This document shows, piece after piece, positions 60,727 through 64,000 of a stretch of DNA of 64,000 nt. The position numbers and the translations under genes are program-made. Positions within the stretch are counted from its first letter, which is position 1; every line of letters begins with the position of its first letter. The stretch is taken from NCBI GenBank assembly GCA_043767845.1, contig JAYUFZ010000018.1, forward strand, positions 3,312-67,311, written 5' to 3'. This DNA is from a bacterium (GTDB taxonomy: Bacteria > Patescibacteriota > Saccharimonadia > UBA4664 > JBBRNT01). Under the pieces are notes generated by a model, which had not been told where the DNA came from, made no database searches, and saw only the letters and a program-made list of their open reading frames with translations.

Positions 60727-60969
60727 TCAGCAGCTGTCAGAGTGGGTGATACATCCGCCGACCGCCGTGTCGCAACCGCCGGGGCACATACGCCCAGCGG
60801 CAACCTCCCGGCTTATTTGCTGATCGTAATCCCAGCGTCGGCGGGCATCTTCGGCATCGTCACCGCGCATTGCCCGAGCGCTTTGCTCGAATCCCTGGGC
60901 TCGCAATCTTGCCGCTCGAGCGTGGCCTTCCAGCTCGGCTGCGCGGGCCATGTCTTCGTAGCTTGGCAT
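60727..60969 (-). CDS. small GC-rich hypothetical protein with C-terminal 4-Cys cluster (CPGGCDTAVGGCITHSDSC)
   Basis: 80-aa ORF, GC-rich codon usage matching the island, own terminator. The overlapping plus-strand ORF 60742..61053 is the alternative. Confidence 0.3.
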   Translation of the reverse strand: MPSYEDMARAAELEGHARAARLRAQGFEQSARAMRGDDAEDARRRWDYDQQISREVAAGRMCPGGCDTAVGGCITHSDSC

Positions 60970-61091
60970 ATTTCTCCTTTTCGAGGTGCTCTGAGCTTAG
61001 CTGGCTATCCAGCTTGTCAGTCGGGGCTGTCCCTTGGCCTGGTTTTAGGTTGACAACAGGATAGCAACAATAAAGTAAAAAGTCAATAATA

Positions 61092-61185
61092 TATTGACGA
61101 ATAAGAGAATCATAAGATAGAATAATATTAATTATAATGTCAAAATAGCATTGACAAAAATAATCATCAGCTGTATTATTGACAT
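61092..61185 (+). promoter_or_regulatory. AT-rich regulatory region with two perfect palindromes (GTCAATA-ata-TATTGAC 61092-61108; TGTCAA-aatagca-TTGACA 61138-61157) and repeated TTGAC boxes upstream of the TrmB-family regulator
   Basis: Read directly. The last TTGACA is followed by 'aaaataatcatcagctgtatTATTGACATatg'. Confidence 0.5.
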
Positions 61186-61956
61186 ATGAATACTGATCTA
61201 CTCCAGCAAGTCGGCCTTACACCGAGCCAGGCAAAAGCCTATATTGCTTTAGTTAAAAATGGTGAGCTGACAGCCCCAGAGTTAGCACTCAAGATCGGTG
61301 AAGCGCGCACCAACTGCTATATGGTGCTTGATAAGCTTGTGGGCTTGGGCCTGGCGCAGAAAGCTACCACAACTAAAAAACTCACCTACTTCCCGACCAA
61401 TCCAACCAATCTGGAGCGGCTGATAGAAGAAAAGCGGCGGACTATTATGAGCACCGAGAAGCAGGTTCGTGACAGTATGCCCCAGCTACTCAGCTATTTT
61501 TATACCTATCAGCACCAGCCGGGAGTGCGTTTCTTCCAGGGCAAAGCTGGGATTGCCAAAATGTATGAGGATCAGCGCCGCACAGGCAAAGAGATCTTCT
61601 TCATCCGTTCTAATGCCGACTTCAATGTGCTGGGCAAGGATCTCTACGACCACGTCGAGGCGCGCGCCAAGCTGGGCATCAAATCCCACGGCATAGAGCC
61701 GGCCGAGCCGGATAACATAGAATTTGGACGCCAAAATGATGCTCGCCTGAAGCGCGACATGCTCTGGGCGCCACCGGAAGCCTTTGACGCGCCAGTAAAT
61801 ATCTACATCTATGGCAACAAGACGGCACTCATCTCCTATGGCGAGGAGGTCGTAGGTACGATTATCGAAAGTGCCCAGATTGCCGAAGGCATGAAGCAAC
61901 TCTTTGGGCTAGCGCGACGAGCGATTAGTGCCATGAACGACAACCCTGGCGCTTGA
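61186..61956 (+). CDS. TrmB-family transcriptional regulator
   Basis: 'LQQVGLTPSQAKAYIALVKNGELTAPELALKIGEARTNCYMVLDKLVGLGLAQK' is the TrmB N-terminal wHTH signature. 256 aa with a C-terminal sensor domain. Confidence 0.7.
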   Translation: MNTDLLQQVGLTPSQAKAYIALVKNGELTAPELALKIGEARTNCYMVLDKLVGLGLAQKATTTKKLTYFPTNPTNLERLIEEKRRTIMSTEKQVRDSMPQLLSYFYTYQHQPGVRFFQGKAGIAKMYEDQRRTGKEIFFIRSNADFNVLGKDLYDHVEARAKLGIKSHGIEPAEPDNIEFGRQNDARLKRDMLWAPPEAFDAPVNIYIYGNKTALISYGEEVVGTIIESAQIAEGMKQLFGLARRAISAMNDNPGA

Positions 61957-61971
61957 TCGTCCGGCTAGCCT

Positions 61972-62757
61972 CTACTTGGTTTGAAATTCCTGCCCCAAAA
62001 ACGGCTCATCATTCAGTTCGAAAGTCGTCACGTCGCGGCAGAGCATAAAGTGCTCTTTGCTGAGGGCTTCATCGCCACGCGAGAGGATGAAGTCCGGGTT
62101 TTGGGAGGCGTGTGCCCGGATGGCCTGCTTTTTCTTGTCGAGGACAGAGCTGACGTCGAGGGTCAAATCAATATCGCTGGCCTTATAGCCTGCGGGCATA
62201 AAAACGAAACCGGTTTTCCGTGCCTCCGGTATGTAGGTGAGGGGTATACAAATATAGAGAAGGCGGGCCTTTTTTACTGACGGGAATAGCTCGTCCAAAT
62301 ATTGGTAAAAGTAGGTGGTAATCATACTCATCGCAATGTGGTCGAGGTGGCCGGATATGCCCTGCCGCTCGACGGTAATGAGCGTGAGGTCGATATCTTC
62401 GTCGCCAATGAACGAACTGGCGGCCTTTACAATGCCAGCCAGTACAGCCTTATATATAGAGTTACTCAAGCTGCCATCGGCAAATCCCAGAGAAAAATGC
62501 TTGGTCAGGCCAAGGGCCTTCGATGCATTATGGGCCTCAGTGACGCGCACTTTGGCAATCTCGGGGGTATCGCCACCCAGCTGGCCATCGGTAGCCGTAA
62601 TAACATAGGTATCTATGCCTTGCATTACGCTCAAGGCAAAAGCGCCGCCCGGCCCAAAGGATTCATCGTCGGGGTGGGCAAATATTCCAAGGGTAATCTT
62701 CTTCATGTAGCCAGTATACCCCAAAGGATCTTGGGATGACGGTAAGATACTTGCCAT
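61972..62757 (-). CDS. PIG-L/LmbE family N-acetylglucosaminyl deacetylase
   Basis: '[19 protein letters not shown]' metal-binding motif plus the downstream 'HLDH' His. Confidence 0.8.
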   Translation of the reverse strand: MASILPSSQDPLGYTGYMKKITLGIFAHPDDESFGPGGAFALSVMQGIDTYVITATDGQLGGDTPEIAKVRVTEAHNASKALGLTKHFSLGFADGSLSNSIYKAVLAGIVKAASSFIGDEDIDLTLITVERQGISGHLDHIAMSMITTYFYQYLDELFPSVKKARLLYICIPLTYIPEARKTGFVFMPAGYKASDIDLTLDVSSVLDKKKQAIRAHASQNPDFILSRGDEALSKEHFMLCRDVTTFELNDEPFLGQEFQTK

Positions 62758-62793
62758 TGCAAAAGCGATGTTGATGGATGTGGGAATATTAAG

Positions 62794-63483
62794 CTAAGGA
62801 CGTTGCCTCGCTAGCAAGAACTGGGCAAAATCATTCATCTCCTGTCGATAGCGAACGAGCTGAGCTGCGTCTGGCGGATGCTCATTAATTAGTTCTGGGG
62901 GACTCTGTAACTTAAAAGCACCAAAAACTCCCATCTCGGCCATGTGCAGTGCAACGCTGGGGTCGCTTGGGTGCTCTTGGTAAAAGGCGTCAAGCAGCCC
63001 TGCCACTTCGTTCCTAAATGACTCGTTGGCTACTCGCCACTCAGCTTGCAGCTGCTGGCTGGTTTGCCAGCCTTCCGGTTCAGGAGCATATATTTGTACC
63101 CATGGGTAAGGATTCCCGTGGTCTAAATGACCTTCGCAGGACTGATTCGTTGGAATACCGAATGCGCGCAGGGCAACCACGGGCTCCTTGATGCCCTCGT
63201 CCAGCCGCTTTCCTAGGGCATCTTCGAGTGACTCAACCTGGGTGCGAGCGACGCGCTCGGCTTCAGGCATGCTGGAGTCAGCGGGAGCTCCTTCTCGATG
63301 ATCCCTTGTAGCCTCTGCCTGTGTCTCTACTGCTGGGCCGGTCGAGGTGGCGTCTAGTTCTTTGTCAGCAGAAGCAGAAGACCCCATCTCAGCCAGATAA
63401 GCACTACGAGCGGCCTCAAGACCAGCCACGTCTATTTGAGGGCTGATGTCGCTAGTGTCTTCAGTTCTTTCACTGTCGATCAT
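62794..63483 (-). CDS. hypothetical protein (acidic, disordered N-terminus; conserved C-terminal domain)
   Basis: 229-aa ORF with no recognised motif. The C-terminal 120 aa are balanced and Trp/His-containing (QSCEGHLDHGNPYPWVQIY...). Confidence 0.35.
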   Translation of the reverse strand: MIDSERTEDTSDISPQIDVAGLEAARSAYLAEMGSSASADKELDATSTGPAVETQAEATRDHREGAPADSSMPEAERVARTQVESLEDALGKRLDEGIKEPVVALRAFGIPTNQSCEGHLDHGNPYPWVQIYAPEPEGWQTSQQLQAEWRVANESFRNEVAGLLDAFYQEHPSDPSVALHMAEMGVFGAFKLQSPPELINEHPPDAAQLVRYRQEMNDFAQFLLARQRP

Positions 63484-63564
63484 TAAAGATATCCTTATCT
63501 AAGCATGTTGTGCCGCAGTGGTAACGCGGCGAAGAGACTCATTTTTAAGTAGGGGTAGTGAGCC

Positions 63565-63834
63565 CTATATCTTCCCGGTCCGCTCGCGGTGCGAGCAGCC
63601 CGCCCAGCAGCACGGTCGGCGCATACCACTATGCATTTTCGACATACCGACTTTGATGCGCTTCACTCGGGTTTCGGCCAGGGCGCCACTGATGACCCAG
63701 CAAATCCATTCATTGCGGGCCAGGGGAGTGATGTCTTCCCAGAGGGCTAAGACCTTGGGGTCGGACACAATGGCTTTTTGGAAGTCAGCTGGCATTTCGT
63801 GTACTACGCCGCCGGCAATCTCAACTGTTCTCAT
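63565..63834 (-). CDS. YdeI/OmpD-associated family small protein
   Basis: 'FQKAIVSDPKVLALWEDITPLARNEWICWVISGALAETRVKRI' matches the YdeI/OmpD-associated (bacteriocin-protection) pattern (ARNEWIxWI...ETRxKR). Confidence 0.5.
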   Translation of the reverse strand: MRTVEIAGGVVHEMPADFQKAIVSDPKVLALWEDITPLARNEWICWVISGALAETRVKRIKVGMSKMHSGMRRPCCWAGCSHRERTGKI

Positions 63835-64000
63835 AGGCTTATTATACCAGGTTTGGGTGCTTTAATCTAGATCAATAAGTGTTGACATATATGTAATAAA
63901 GTTATATTCTAACCAAATTGAGGAACTCCCTCAAGCACAAAGACCGAAAGCTGGTTGATGATGAGTTCTGTCGATTTGCTCCAAAGAATGGACGTCAGCA

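Noticed and set aside
60742-61053. Plus-strand 103-aa ORF in the GC-rich spacer
   Set aside because: Overlaps the minus-strand 80-aa ORF, which has its own terminator. The plus ORF has no SD or terminator and a composition-driven open frame. Both remain low confidence.
1-64000. CRISPR arrays, rRNA genes, IS elements/transposases
   Set aside because: No short direct-repeat/spacer arrays, no rRNA-like conserved blocks and no transposase or integrase motifs (DDE, tyrosine recombinase R..H..R..Y) were seen on either strand.

Overview
This is a 64-kb chromosomal window spanning a replication origin. Mid-window, dnaA, dnaN, recF and a DUF721 gene lie on the minus strand (22.3-26.6 kb), with rpmH-rnpA-yidC-jag-mnmE diverging on the plus strand, a Bacillus-type arrangement. 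DnaA-box-like 9-mers sit upstream of dnaA and an AT-rich tract sits between dnaA and dnaN. Immediately left of the origin, where gyrB normally sits, is an 18.5-kb type IV secretion system-like (T4SS-like) locus at 3.8-22.3 kb. It holds five tandem paralogous VirB2/TrbC-like pilin candidates, two VirB6/TrbL-like polytopic proteins with 600-aa low-complexity tails, a PrgI/VirB3-like protein, a VirB4 split into an N-domain ORF and an ATPase ORF, an M15 (VanY-like) peptidase, an SLT+M23 bifunctional cell-wall hydrolase and a beta-propeller membrane protein. No coupling ATPase, relaxase or integrase is present, so it looks like a core-chromosome secretion or host-contact apparatus rather than a conjugative element. 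This is the pattern reported for episymbiotic Patescibacteria (Saccharibacteria); that lineage assignment is inference only. The right half carries a 17-kb surface-glycan locus (gmd, manC, seven glycosyltransferases, two methyltransferases, a Wzx flippase, a Wzy-like 881-aa protein), next to an 838-aa secreted protein built of four ~150-aa tandem repeats. Further right are VanW, peptidase S51, lexA, cfa, tRNA-Asn and two odd tRNA-like elements bracketing a 2-kb segment with a truncated Ldh_2 gene. An ArsR(TRASH)-P1B-ATPase metal operon follows, whose ATPase has an unusual CPD motif. A sharply GC-rich (GC3 ~80%) 2.4-kb island encodes a translationally coupled SPFH/flotillin and NAD-kinase-like pair. 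The window ends with a TrmB regulator preceded by two perfect palindromes, a PIG-L deacetylase, a hypothetical protein and a YdeI-like gene. No CRISPR, rRNA, transposase or integrase was seen. All calls come from reading motifs by eye, with no searches run.
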